Source: Octopus bimaculoides
Taxonomy: Eukaryota
Direction: 5' to 3'
Length of the DNA: 64,000 nt
NCBI RefSeq assembly: GCF_001194135.2
Contig: NC_069004.1
Coordinates: 12,596,686-12,660,685, forward strand
Shown here: positions 52,344 through 64,000 of the stretch, piece by piece
Layout of the letters: each line of letters begins with the position of its first letter
Position numbering within the stretch: the stretch's first letter is position 1
Notes under the pieces: model-generated
Told to the model about the DNA's origin: nothing
Seen by the model: the letters and a program-made list of their open reading frames with translations, nothing else
The model's database searches: none
Translations under genes and position numbers: made by a program

Positions 52344-54022
52344 GGCTTCTTTAAGTTTCTGTCTACCAAATCCACTCACAAGGACTTGGTTGGCCTGAGG
52401 CTATAATTGAAGACACTTGCTCAAGGTGCTGTGCAGTGAGAATGCCACATAAAAAGCACCCAGAACACTCTGTAAAGTGGTTGGCATTAGGAAGAGCATC
52501 CAGCTGTAGAAACCATGCCAAAGCAGACAATGGAGCCTGGTGCAGCTGTCCAGCTTTCTAGCTTCTGTTAAGCAGTCCAACCCATGTCATCATAGAAGAC
52601 AAGCTTTAAATGATGATGATGATGATGATGATGATAATGATGATGATGATTAAATTACAAAGTCAAATTTGTAGGTTTACTTCTTAGTGTATGAGTGGTC
52701 AGTCCAGATGAAGTAAATCTTGTTACTCAAAGAGGAAAACTAGTGGGTGAGATGACCAAATGGTAACATTAGTAGATGCCAATATACCAATTTAGTCACT
52801 AAATCTCAAAGTAATTGATTCCAATAAGAAAATTTCTTCTCGCAGTTTCTATTAATTTGGGTGGCTTTCATATTAAATAAACAAACCAGTAGTGGACCAG
52901 TGCTTACTGCATCAAAATTAAGTGACCAGACACAGGCATAGCTGTGTGGTTAAGATCACTTTGCAACCACACATTTTCAGGTTTTATCCCACTGTATGGC
53001 ACCTTAGAAAAGTGTCTTCTACTATACTGTAGCCCCAGGTCAACCAATGCTTTGAAAGTGAATTTCTTAGATGGAAACTGTGTGGAAGCCTATCATGTAT
53101 GTGTGTGAATGCTCCTACCAGTTGACAACCAGTGTTGATTTGTTTACATCCCCTTAACTTTACAGCAAAAGAGCCTGATAGAATAAGCACTAGACTTTAA
53201 AAAAAAAAAAAGGAAAAAAAAAAAGGATCTTTTCTGTTTGGGAATTTTAATGTTTAGTGAAAATTTAAAAATTTGGTGTATTAATGTGATTTTCCAAGCT
53301 GAACCTCTGGAGATATTTCGCATTTTCCAGAAAAAGTTTTAGAAAAAGTTACAGAGGTTTGAAGTTTGATAATTTAAGGCCTATTTAGCTGTTATTCTTA
53401 GCACATCTCATGACCACCTCAATGAACAGAATATATTTGTCAACATGTGCTTTCTCGTAGACTAAAGAGTTTTCATGTTTGGCTTGTTACTATAGAAACA
53501 GGCATGAATGTGTCTGTGGCTTATGATTGGCTAAAATTACACGAAATTTTTAAACTTTAAAAGCTATTAACTCTTTATTTATTGATTTATGGCGAAAATG
53601 AATTTCATGACATTGATTAGCATAAAAAACTACAGCATTACACCAAATACGAAATCAATTTTTAGAGAAATTGAAGAGATTGAAAATTGACAGCCAAACA
53701 AAAAAGATTTTTTTAAAAATGGGGTTGATTTGTTCTGAAAGAAGTAAAAACAAAATTAAAAAAGGAATAAAGCATTTATTTCCAAGATTTACTTATTTTG
53801 TTTTATTTAACCCCGTTAGCATTTAACCTGATCATATCCAACCCAAATATTCTACAGACTGACTAGATCCAACCTCTCACACCTGCCCCACAATGCCATT
53901 CTGAAAATATACAAAAACACTATTGAAAATCTTGACGCAACGAGATAATGCATGATTGATTCAGAGCAATGCAAATAATATAAGCAATACATTTGACAAA
54001 GAAATCTGAATGCAACAGGGTT

Positions 54023-54076
<54 letters not shown>

Positions 54077-54359
54077 CAGCAGCAATAGTAGCTGTAGCAA
54101 AAGCAGCAGTTATTTATACCATTGGTCAAATTCAAGAATGACATATCATTTTGAATGACACCACATCCTTGTGTTGATCGTCATCAGCAGCGTCACACAG
54201 CAAACAGTTATTACATTACAGTGAGACACTTCCTTTTGTTTGACTATTTATCAACAGGCATATAATATCACCTATGAAAGAGGAAGGGATAATTAGGCTG
54301 GACCTCTTGACAGCTGCCACAGCAGCAGTAGCAGCAGCAACAGTGGCACCACCACCACC

Positions 54360-54393
<34 letters not shown>

Positions 54394-57156
54394 CCACCAC
54401 TACCACCACCATCAAATGGCGCTCTTAAACACTTTGGTTAAATACCAGGAAACTCAGAAGTATCAAAACTACAAAAATATTATTCTCATAGGTGCAAGCA
54501 TGGCTGTGTGCTAAGAAGCTTGCTTCCAAACCACATGGTTCTGGGTAAAAATGGTTAAAAGTAATTAATTTTTTTCGAATACAAGTTATTTTACACACAC
54601 GCGCACACATAAGTGCGTGTGTCAGTCTCATTGTGTGGCACTTTGAGTAAGTGTCTTCTATCATAGCCCTGAGCTAGCCAAAGCCTTCTAAGTGGATTTG
54701 GTAGACAGAAACTGAAAGAAGCCCATCCTATATATGTGTGCGTATGTGCGTATGTGTGTGTCTTTGTATCTGTGTTTGTCCACCACCATCAGCACTTGAC
54801 AACTTGTGTTGATGTGTTTATGTCTCCATAACTTAGTGGTCCAGCAAAAGAAACCAATAGAATGGGTACTGGGGTCAATTCATTCCACTAAAAATTCTTT
54901 AAAGTTGTGCCCCAGCATGGTCACAGTCTAATGACTGAAACAAGTAAAAGATAAAAGATAGTTACTAACGAAATCCTAAGAAAGACATTGTCAACCTTAG
55001 AATACCTGATTCTCTTAAAAACTCTTTCAAAATTGAAAATATCACAAAATTTAACCCTTTAGCATTTAAACTGGCCAGATCTGGCCTCTCACACCTACCC
55101 TTCAATGTCATTTTAAAAATAAACAATCACATCATCAAAATCTTGAAGCTACAAGATTAGGCATGATTAAATTCAAAACAATGTGAATTAATAAGTATTA
55201 GATTTGACAGATTCTTAATTATCGAAATGCAGTCTCTTTCCCCTACAATATATCATTGCTAATCATAAATAACACCCATAGCAAAACATCCAACTTGTGG
55301 TTCCAGGTCTCAAGGCTAAAGAAGGAGACACTTACCCAAGGTGCTATGCAGTGGGACAATGAAAATAATAATAATGGTTTCTGATTTAGGCACAAGGCCA
55401 GATATTTTGTATGGGAGTGGGGTTATTAATATCATCAAATACAGTACTTGACTGATACTTTATTTTACTAACTCTGAAAGGATGAAAAGACAAAGTTGAC
55501 CTCAGCATGATTTGAACTCAGAACCTAACGAACCAGAAGACACACCAACAAGGCAGGTTTTTCCTATGAGCTAACAATTCTGCCGACTCACTGCCTATCC
55601 TTTCATTGTTTAACACAATGGATCACGCACAGAATATAAAATACGTCATGCAAATGAGATTACAAAACCTGATCCCCCCTCCCACACACACACAGAGCAG
55701 GGTAGTATAAAACTGTAATACTGTAATACAGGATTTGAAACATTAGACATTTATTATACATAACAAATAAGGGCAACGCTCATCCCAAATAGGTGAGGGA
55801 CCACCACCTAGGAGGGAAGTAGGGCTTTACATCAAACTGCAATCGTCAGCAAATCAAATCACCTGAAACTGTTTGCAAGTATCTTTGATCTCAGCTAAAC
55901 AACAAAGCCAACCCCGCCCCCAAAACATACACATTCTGGGTAGGGTTCCTTTAGCAGTTGACAGATTGTTACTGTGTATTTCATCAACTGTCTTATCATT
56001 TAGTCCTTCTCTGTCTTATCGTTATANNNNNNNNNNNNNNNNNNNNNNNNNNNNNNNNNNNNNNNNNNNNNNNNNNNNNNNNNNNNNNNNNNNNNNNNNN
56101 NNNNNNNNNNNNNNNNNNNNNNNNNNNNNNNNNNNNNNNNNNNNNNNNNNNNNNNNNNNNNNNNNNNNNNNNNNNNNNNNNNNNNNNNNNNNNNNNNNNN
56201 NNNNNNNNNNNNNNNNNNNNNNNNNNNNNNNNNNNNNNNNNNNNNNNNNNNNNNNNNNNNNNNNNNNNNNNNNNNNNNNNNNNNNNNNNNNNNNNNNNNN
56301 NNNNNNNNNNNNNNNNNNNNNNNNNNNNNNNNNNNNNNNNNNNNNNNNNNNNNNNNNNNNNNNNNNNNNNNNNNNNNNNNNNNNNNNNNNNNNNNNNNNN
56401 NNNNNNNNNTATGTATGATTGTGTATAGAGGAATATATTATTTTGTTTAGTTTAAAACAGTTCCAACACTGTCTGTTTTTTATGTTTTATTTATATTCCT
56501 GCAAAACCAATGTGGGATATAGAATATGGAATATACAATATATAATATAAAATAAAATAAAAATGGATGGTACAATGAAATAAAGTATTGAATGTCTTAT
56601 TGAATAGATGAAATATTGAGTGTTCAATATAAAGGATTAAATATATAAAGGCGAATACGTATTTTCTATACCTTGTGGTATTTCATCATGGCTGGTATGA
56701 CAGACTTTAACAGACTGTATATATATATATATATATATACACGCACAGACACAACAACACACTCATATAGATATATATAGATATATATATATAGATATAT
56801 ATAGATATATATATATTCATATATATACCTATATGTGCGTGTGTCATTGTGTCTGTGTTTGTTCCCCGCCCCATCACTGCTTGACAACTGGTGTTGGTGT
56901 GTTTATGTCCCTATAACTTAATGCTTCGGCAAAAAGACCAATAGAATAAAAACTAGGCTTTAAAAAAAAATAAGACCTGGAGTCAATTTGTTTGACTAAA
57001 ACCCTTCAAGGCAGTGCTCCAGCATGGCCGTAGTCAAATGAGTGAAAGAATAAAAGAAAAGAAAAAGCTTTTTTTAACTTTTATTTTTTACTTGTTTCAG
57101 TCATTAGACTGTGGCCATGCTGGGGCATTGCCTTGAAGAACTTGTAGTCAAATGTA

Positions 57157-58714
57157 CACTGCATGTCAAATTATTAGGCAGCTCAGTTTTTTCACAATAA
57201 CAGAGTATTTATTCGTTCGAATCCAGATATTTTTCCACTGCATGATGGTAACATCCATCTGCATGTACTGTACCAAATTAAATCTGATTCCCTCATACGT
57301 CAAGAAATAACAGCCATATTTGTTAATAGGCATCGTTTTTACTGCCCTAAATTATTACGCAGGTCTCATAAATATGCTAATTATGCAAAAACAAACATTT
57401 ATTCAATGCAACAATTAATTTTTAGCAACAGATATAATCATAACAGACTTTATAATGAACATAATATGATGTTTGAATGGAAATAATACAAGAAATATGA
57501 TGTCATAAAGTTCTGAATGATGGATGTATGATCCTCCACATGAGGAAACATCCCTGACGTGTTTGTCAAGGTAACTATTTCATCTGGTGTAATACTGTCA
57601 GCAGTATCCACAATAGCTTCCCAGAGTGCATCTTTCATTGAAAACTGCCGTCCATTTTGACATATCTTCCTCTTCAGAACACTCCACAGATTTTCAATCG
57701 GGTTTATGTCGGGTGAGCATGCTGGCCACTTTATCAAATGGTGTCCAGAGAAGCCTAATTGCTGTAGGTATTCCAGAGATTTCTTAGCTGCATGGGCGGG
57801 TGCATTATCTTGTATGAATACCAGCGTTCTCCTTAATGAAACTTTCTGCTTCTTCAACCATGGCTTAAAATTGTCCTCCAAAAAGGCAACATAGGCATTA
57901 AACGTCATCTTAATTCCGTCTGGAACTTTCCAAGGACCAACCAACTTGTCTCCAATGATGTCAGCACAAATCATGACTCTGTTGGCGTCTCAAACAATGA
58001 GGACGATTTCCACTAATTGCAACCCATCCTTTACTCCACCCTCCTAGTCCGTCTAGGGTAGCAGTGCATTCGTCAGTAAAGAAGACTTTTGAAAAATCTA
58101 TCTTCATGTAGTCTTCTGCCCATTTGACTCTATAGCCTTTAGAGGGGGGCTTTGTAACAGGTTTTATGTTCTTGGCTACCTGCTTCAGGAGGCGACACCT
58201 GGTAGATTTCGAAATGTCTTCCCTACCACAACATTTAAACACTTTTTGATTAGTCAGACACGTGTTCTTCACAACTTCCCTTGTTATACATGACAGGGTA
58301 CGCCTGGAAACAACCCTTGATTTACCCTTGTCAGCCCTCGAACAGACAGCAGAAGACTCCATAAATTTCTTCATAGTTCGATGATCTCTTACCAAGATCT
58401 TTGATATTTCCAATGTCATTTTTGTTTTTCCAAGCTCCAAGACAATGGTGGACTTCTCATTTGATGTTAAATCACATTTTTGACCCATAGTAACTCTTTT
58501 GTTGGGCACTTGCCTAATAATTTAGGACGGTAAAATTGTTGCTGTTTCACGAAAATAGCCGCCATTTATTTACATCTGCACAGATCCAATTAATTTTACT
58601 ACAGTATGTGCAGGCAGATGTTGCCATCATTCAGTGAAAAATATCTGGATTCAAACGAAAAAATACTCTGCTATTTCGAAAAAACAGAGCTGCTTAATAA
58701 TTTGACACGCAGTA
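57157..58714 (-). mobile_element. Tc1-like DD37E (TRT-type) DNA transposon with decayed transposase
   Basis: TA flanks at 57155-56 and 58715-16. About 125-bp TIRs (CACTGCATGTCAAATTATTAGGCAGCTC / TACTGCGTGTCAAATTATTAAGCAGCTC). ORFs 57961..58509 and 57450..57974 give FTDE...QDNAPAH-x-WPACSPDINPIE, with 37 residues between the second D and the E. Frameshifting deletion after RRQQ. Confidence 0.9.
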
Positions 58715-59658
58715 TATAAGTACCAGACTTAACAAAATTAAGTACTAGAGTCAATTCATTTGATTAAAAGGCTGTTGAAAGTAAAAATCAGACTACAAGC
58801 AAGGCAAGGTAGGACACAGCCGGAAATAGGTTTTAATTGTTTATATTTAGATAAGGAGGATATAGGATGGTGATTATCACAAGTGTTCAGATACTAAGTT
58901 TTTTTTTACATTGTTCCAATGGCACTCCTTTAGTGTTGGGGTCCCATTTTATTATTTTTCCTCTTTATCCAGATAGATCCTGCTAGAGACATGAATACTA
59001 CAATGTACAGAATACATTCACATTGATGGCCTATGCAAACCAGGTCAAGACACATATAGACAATACATATATNNNNNNNNNNNNNNNNNNNNNNNNNNNN
59101 NNNNNNNNNNNNNNNNNNNNNNNNNNNNNNNNNNNNNNNNNNNNNNNNNNNNNNNNNNNNNNNNNNNNNNNNNNNNNNNNNNNNNNNNNNNNNNNNNNNN
59201 NNNNNNNTTTATTTGTTTCAATCATTAGACTGCAGTCATGCTGGAGCACCACCCTGAAGGGTTTTAATCAAACAAATCGACCCCAGGACTTTTTTTTTTA
59301 AAGCTTAGTACTTATTCTATCAGTCTCTTTTGCTGAACAGCTAAGTTACAGGGATGTAAACAAACTAACATCAGTTGTCAAGTGGTGGTGGGGAACAAAC
59401 ACAGACACAAAGACACACACATACATATGACGGGTTTCTTTCAGTTTCTGTCTACCAAATTTACTCACAAGGCTTTCGTCAGCCTGAGGTTATAGCAGAA
59501 GACACTTGCCCAAGGTGCCACGCAGAGGGACTGAACCCTGAATCATGTGGTTGGGAAGCAAGCTTCTTACCACTCAGCCACACCAGCACCTATATATATA
59601 TGTATGTAGGAACGTATGTGTGTATGTATATTATGTATGTATATATTATATATACATG

Positions 59659-59970
59659 AAGGCGCATGGCTTAATGGTTAGGGCATTCAGCTCACAACCG
59701 TAAGGTTGTGAGTTCAATTCCCGATGACATGTTGTGTCCTTGAGCAAGACAATTTATTTCATGTTTCTCCAGTTCACTCATCTGGCAAAAATGAGAAGTA
59801 CCTGTATTTCAAAGAGCCAGCCTTGTCACACTGTGTCACGCTGAGTATCCCCGAGAACTATGTTAAGGGTACACGTGTCTGTGAAGTGCTCAGCCACTTG
59901 CACGTTAATTTCACGAGCAAGCCGTTCCGTTGATCGTATCAGCTGGGACCTTTGTCGTCATAATTGAGTA
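59659..59970 (+). mobile_element. tRNA-headed SINE family A
   Basis: A-box (tggcttaatgg), B-box (gagttcaattc) and tgtgtccttgagcaagac central block. Related copies at 399-690, 1370-1570, 14855-15080 and 18317-18600 (-). Confidence 0.8.
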
Positions 59971-60050
59971 CTCCTCATACATGCATGCATGCACGCACAC
60001 ATGCATATATACATACATACATACATACATACATACATTACATACATACA

Positions 60051-60313
60051 TAGGGTGACCCAAAAAACAAATTCGAGAAATGTTCAACTCTCACCCCATC
60101 AATTTGTGAGGTTTGACATATAAACACTCTGCCTGAAAATTGAAGAAAATTCCATAGTATTTAGTGTTGCCACTAAGGAATTCAATATTTTATTTTTAGC
60201 ATGAAATAAAAACTTAACACAGTAAATAGCTTGTAATTGAGATATAGTAAAAATATTCCATTTATCAATATATGAAACAGTGCAGTGACAAAATCATCTG
60301 AACAATGTGGCAG

Positions 60314-60355
<42 letters not shown>

Positions 60356-61500
60356 TTCATATGTTGGTCAAATGAGGTCCTCATCTCCCTGTGCGTGTGA
60401 GGCTGCACTTCCTTAATTAGTATTTTTATAGCTTTTGTTGGTGTAGATATGTCAGTGCTCCACTGTCGTGGTGTTTCAATTAAACATGTCTATTTAAATG
60501 AAAAGAAGTAAAAAACAGATTTGGCTTATTGGATATATCATCATCATCATCGTTTAATGTCTGCTTTCCATGCTAGCATGGGTTGGACGATTTGACTGAG
60601 GACTAGTGAAACCAGATGGCTACACCAGGCTCCAATCTGATCTAGCAGAGTTTCTACAGCTGGATGCCCTTCCTAACGCCAACCACTCCGAGAGTGTAGT
60701 GGGTGCTTTTATATGCCACCGGCATGAAGGCCAGTCAGGCAGTACTGGCAACTGAAAAAATTAGTAGTAAAAATCTCCCATCAAATGGAGATGTATTATG
60801 ACACCTTTTCTATCTCACACACGATAAGAAAATAATGAAGGAAGCATCAGATACCTGGTATTCAGAAATAAATGAGATCTGGGACAATGCTAAGATACCA
60901 ATCAGGGACAAACATGTGCTTTCTAAGATTTGAAAAACATGAACAATATAGATCACTTCAAAAAAACAAAATCAAGGAGAAATCAAAATCAAATAGCAAA
61001 TGTAACCAAGTTTAAGGATTGCTTGGATGACTTATTTGACATTGCTCATGCTGATGTAATGAAAATGATGTCAAAGGAAGAAGATTGTTTATTTCTAAAT
61101 ACTCAGAGAGAAAAAGGAAGGCAAGGTTATGTGAGTGCTATTGACAGGAATTATGTTGCAAAGCAACAGAGGAAACGCAAACGAGTAGAAGAAGAAGAGA
61201 AGAGAAAAGAAACAGAGATTCTTTGCAAGAAAGAGCAATCAGTTGTTACTTTGGAAGGTAGCAGTGGTGAGTATAATGATAAGCCACAACCAGGATCATC
61301 CAAAACTCCTCCCGGTCAGAGATCAAAAACTCATGAGCAAATAATATCAGCTGATTTGATAGTGGCTTTGGATAGAACTAAAATAAGTGACTGCTGTGCA
61401 ATGTTAGTAGTATCTGCTACTGCTTCAGCCTATGGAAAAGATATTGGTGACATAGTAACAAGTGGGAGAACTTTGCAACAACAGAGGTCTGTAGTGTGTA
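60051..61500 (+). mobile_element. Unclassified DNA-transposon relic (transposase N-terminal region)
   Basis: TAGGGTG-like terminus at 60051. WLIG..[insertion 60540-60752]..KISSKNLPSNGDVL...WDNAKIP, then ORF 60930.. with LDDLFDIAHAD...ED.LFL..QREKGRQG...ALDRTKISD. Stops present, no right TIR seen. Confidence 0.6.
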
Positions 61501-61766
61501 TTTTGGATAATAATTTATTTAGCACTTCCATCTTGTTTTTCTTGTTTAAGAGATCCACAAGGAATGATTTTTCTTTACAAAAACTTTATGCGTTTTATAG
61601 ATATATGAGTTAGTTGAAAAAATCTGGAGCTGAATTGGGAAGAGAATGTTCTTTGTTATTTTTAATCCAAATCTGCATATATGTGGGGGGGGGGGTATAT
61701 ATGCACATGCATGTACGTGAGTAAGTGTTTCTGGTGAATTTTTGGAAACTTGGTTANNNNNNNNNN

Positions 61767-61803
<37 letters not shown>

Positions 61804-63500
61804 CCCTCCGCATTGTCTCCGCGTAGTTTTTAACTCGATCAGTGAATTGTTGTTGTTTATTATAACGTGTCTAACAGAAACTGAAAGCACAATAAATTCC
61901 CTGTAATTGCATAAGCGTCTTTCTTTCCTCGTTCATTTGCTCCATTATCAGATTTTCAAAAAATAAGGAAAACCAATTATGTCACCCTCTCCCCTCCGTT
62001 CTTCCTCTCTCGCCATCGCTTACCAGTTCTCGATATATATGTGTGTGAGTGTGTGTGAGTGTGTGTGTTTGCGTGTGTGTGTGCTATGTTTGTATCTAAA
62101 GTGAGTTTTCCCAGTTATTTTAGTAACAATGAGAGGATTCTAAGGATTTCTCATATGTTCATAAATATATATATATTTTTTTCTTTTTCTATATGTTTAG
62201 ACTGGAAGAAAATGGAGGAGCAAGGAACACTACCGGATGGTTAGATGAGAAGTTACACATTATGTATATGTAGTAAGGAGAGAATTTGAAAGTAAAATGT
62301 TCTGTGAGGAGTGGCTCAGAGACATGAGGTTTTCTAGATTAGAAAGCAGTGCATCATTGTAGATCATGGTGTGACTATCAACCTTTTATACTGCCAGTCA
62401 TCACTTCCCACTAGTTGTTTACTATCTATCACTCTCTGCCCCAATTAGTTTGTCTCTACCATCATACTTTCAACCACCCACCATGCTTCTTTTGTTACCA
62501 ATCTCTTTGCTGTTCACCTTTTCAGCCATTTTGCTTTAAGTGAATGAATTCATCACAAAATAAGGAATCTTTAGTCTTATAGAGTACAAGGGAATTTCAC
62601 TAGTGCTGGTACCATGATAAAATGCATCCAGTGTACTCTAAAGTGTTCCCAATAAGAACCCAGCCATATCATGCCTGTAAGGAAGGCTGGATGTGAAATA
62701 TTGATGATGATGATTAATACTATATAAATACATATATATACTGTTGTGTCTGGAGAGAGTCATTTTCTTATTTTGCCTTAAAATTTAACACACTCACCGG
62801 TAACATTTCCACTTATTTTTCTTTTTATTTTCCTAAAATTTTTGTTGCATCTTGCAATATATATATATACACAAAATACATGAAACAGACTTTCATTTTG
62901 TAGAAAGAGAGGCAGACAACCAGCCAGACAGACAGGCAGCCATATTGATAGACAGACCAACAGATGGGCTGAGAGGAGATATTGCAAGAAATGGCAGAAG
63001 AATTTCAGCTGAAACAGTAAAACCTGTTGACTGTAAAGTATGTTAATAGCTCAGGTTACCACCAACGGCATCAGTGAAACAGTAGCAAACAATATGTATA
63101 TGTATGTNNNNNNNNNNNNNNNNNNNNNNNNNNNNNNNNNNNNNNNNNNNNNNNNNNNNNNNNNNNNNNNNNNNNNNNNNNNNNNNNNNNNNNNNNNNNN
63201 NNNNNNNNNNNNNNNNNNNNNNNNNNNNNNNNNNNNNNNNNNNNNNNNNNNNNNNNNNNNNNNNNNNNNNNNNNNNNNNTATATATATATAGGTGCATGC
63301 ACCATTCTATAACTATGAGTCTATAGTTCTCTATCACAGTGAGAGGAGAGAGGGACAGACATAAGGAGAGAAAATGAAAATAAGGCATTCCCCCAGGTGA
63401 GTTAAGCAGATGATGGCAAACAGCCAAAGTTCAGATCAGATTCTATAAATACTACAAATCAACCATCTGCATACATACATATTATATACAATATATGTAT

Positions 63501-63535
<35 letters not shown>

Positions 63536-64000
63536 TGTTTTACTTGTTTCAGAGATTTGATTGCGGCCATGCTGGAGCACCACCTTTAGTCTAACAAATC
63601 AACCCCAGGACCTCTTCTTTGTAAGCCTAGTACTTATTCTATCAGTCTCTTTTGCTGAACCGCTAAGTATCGGTTGTCAAGTGATGGTGGGGTGGGAGGT
63701 ACAAACACAGACATACAAATATATACATATATGTACGATGGGCTTCATTTGGTTTCTGCCTACCAAATCCAGAACCATGTGGTCGGGAAGCAAGCTTCTT
63801 AGCACACACCCATGCCCACTAGTGTAGCTAGAGTGTGTGCCGCCCAGGGCTGTTTGCTGCCCCTGGACCCCACAAAAAACACATATTGCTTACAGCAGAC
63901 CCAAAAGTGGTGCCCCTTTAAAACTGCTCCCACCTACTTACACTAGTGGCCACGCCTATATTTATATCAATGTTTGTTGTTATGTCAAGTTATAATAAAA

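Noticed and set aside
53215-53760. AT-rich block resembling a DNA-transposon or Helitron internal region
   Set aside because: No termini, TSD or ORF could be identified.
55641-55655. ACGTCA next to octamer ATGCAAAT as an enhancer
   Set aside because: Short motifs expected by chance in 64 kb of AT-rich DNA; no supporting context.
36212-64000. MK2 exons 1-2 (Gly-rich loop, ALK, KARREV.LHW...MEC)
   Set aside because: Searched by eye on - without finding them. They probably lie in gaps or beyond the window, so no coordinates are reported.

Overview
AT-rich, microsatellite- and retroposon-dense eukaryotic scaffold with about 14 N-gaps. The repeat landscape looks like a coleoid cephalopod (octopus); this is inferred, not verified. 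Two convergent multi-exon genes can be reconstructed by hand with phase-consistent GT-AG junctions. (1) The 3' end of a fibrillin on +: four cbEGF exons, one EGF-like exon, a Pro-rich exon with CYSC and an RSKR furin site, and the terminal domain (62-7741). (2) A MAPKAP kinase 2 on -: five clear exons at 15843-36211 and a candidate last exon at 14794-14835; the 5' exons and some 3' exons are not visible. Introns and intergenic DNA hold tRNA-headed SINEs, RTE, R4/Dong and HERO-like LINE relics, hAT and piggyBac-like MITEs, a decayed DD37E Tc1-like transposon and an unclassified transposase relic. The most notable signal is three unrelated repeat families carrying minimal Penelope-type hammerhead ribozymes (six copies). 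One is a 423-bp insertion with a 14-bp TSD that joins a tRNA-like Pol III head to a hammerhead and a perfect 75-bp inverted arm. Every copy lying sense to a host pre-mRNA is core-mutated or structurally maskable, while the antisense copies are intact.
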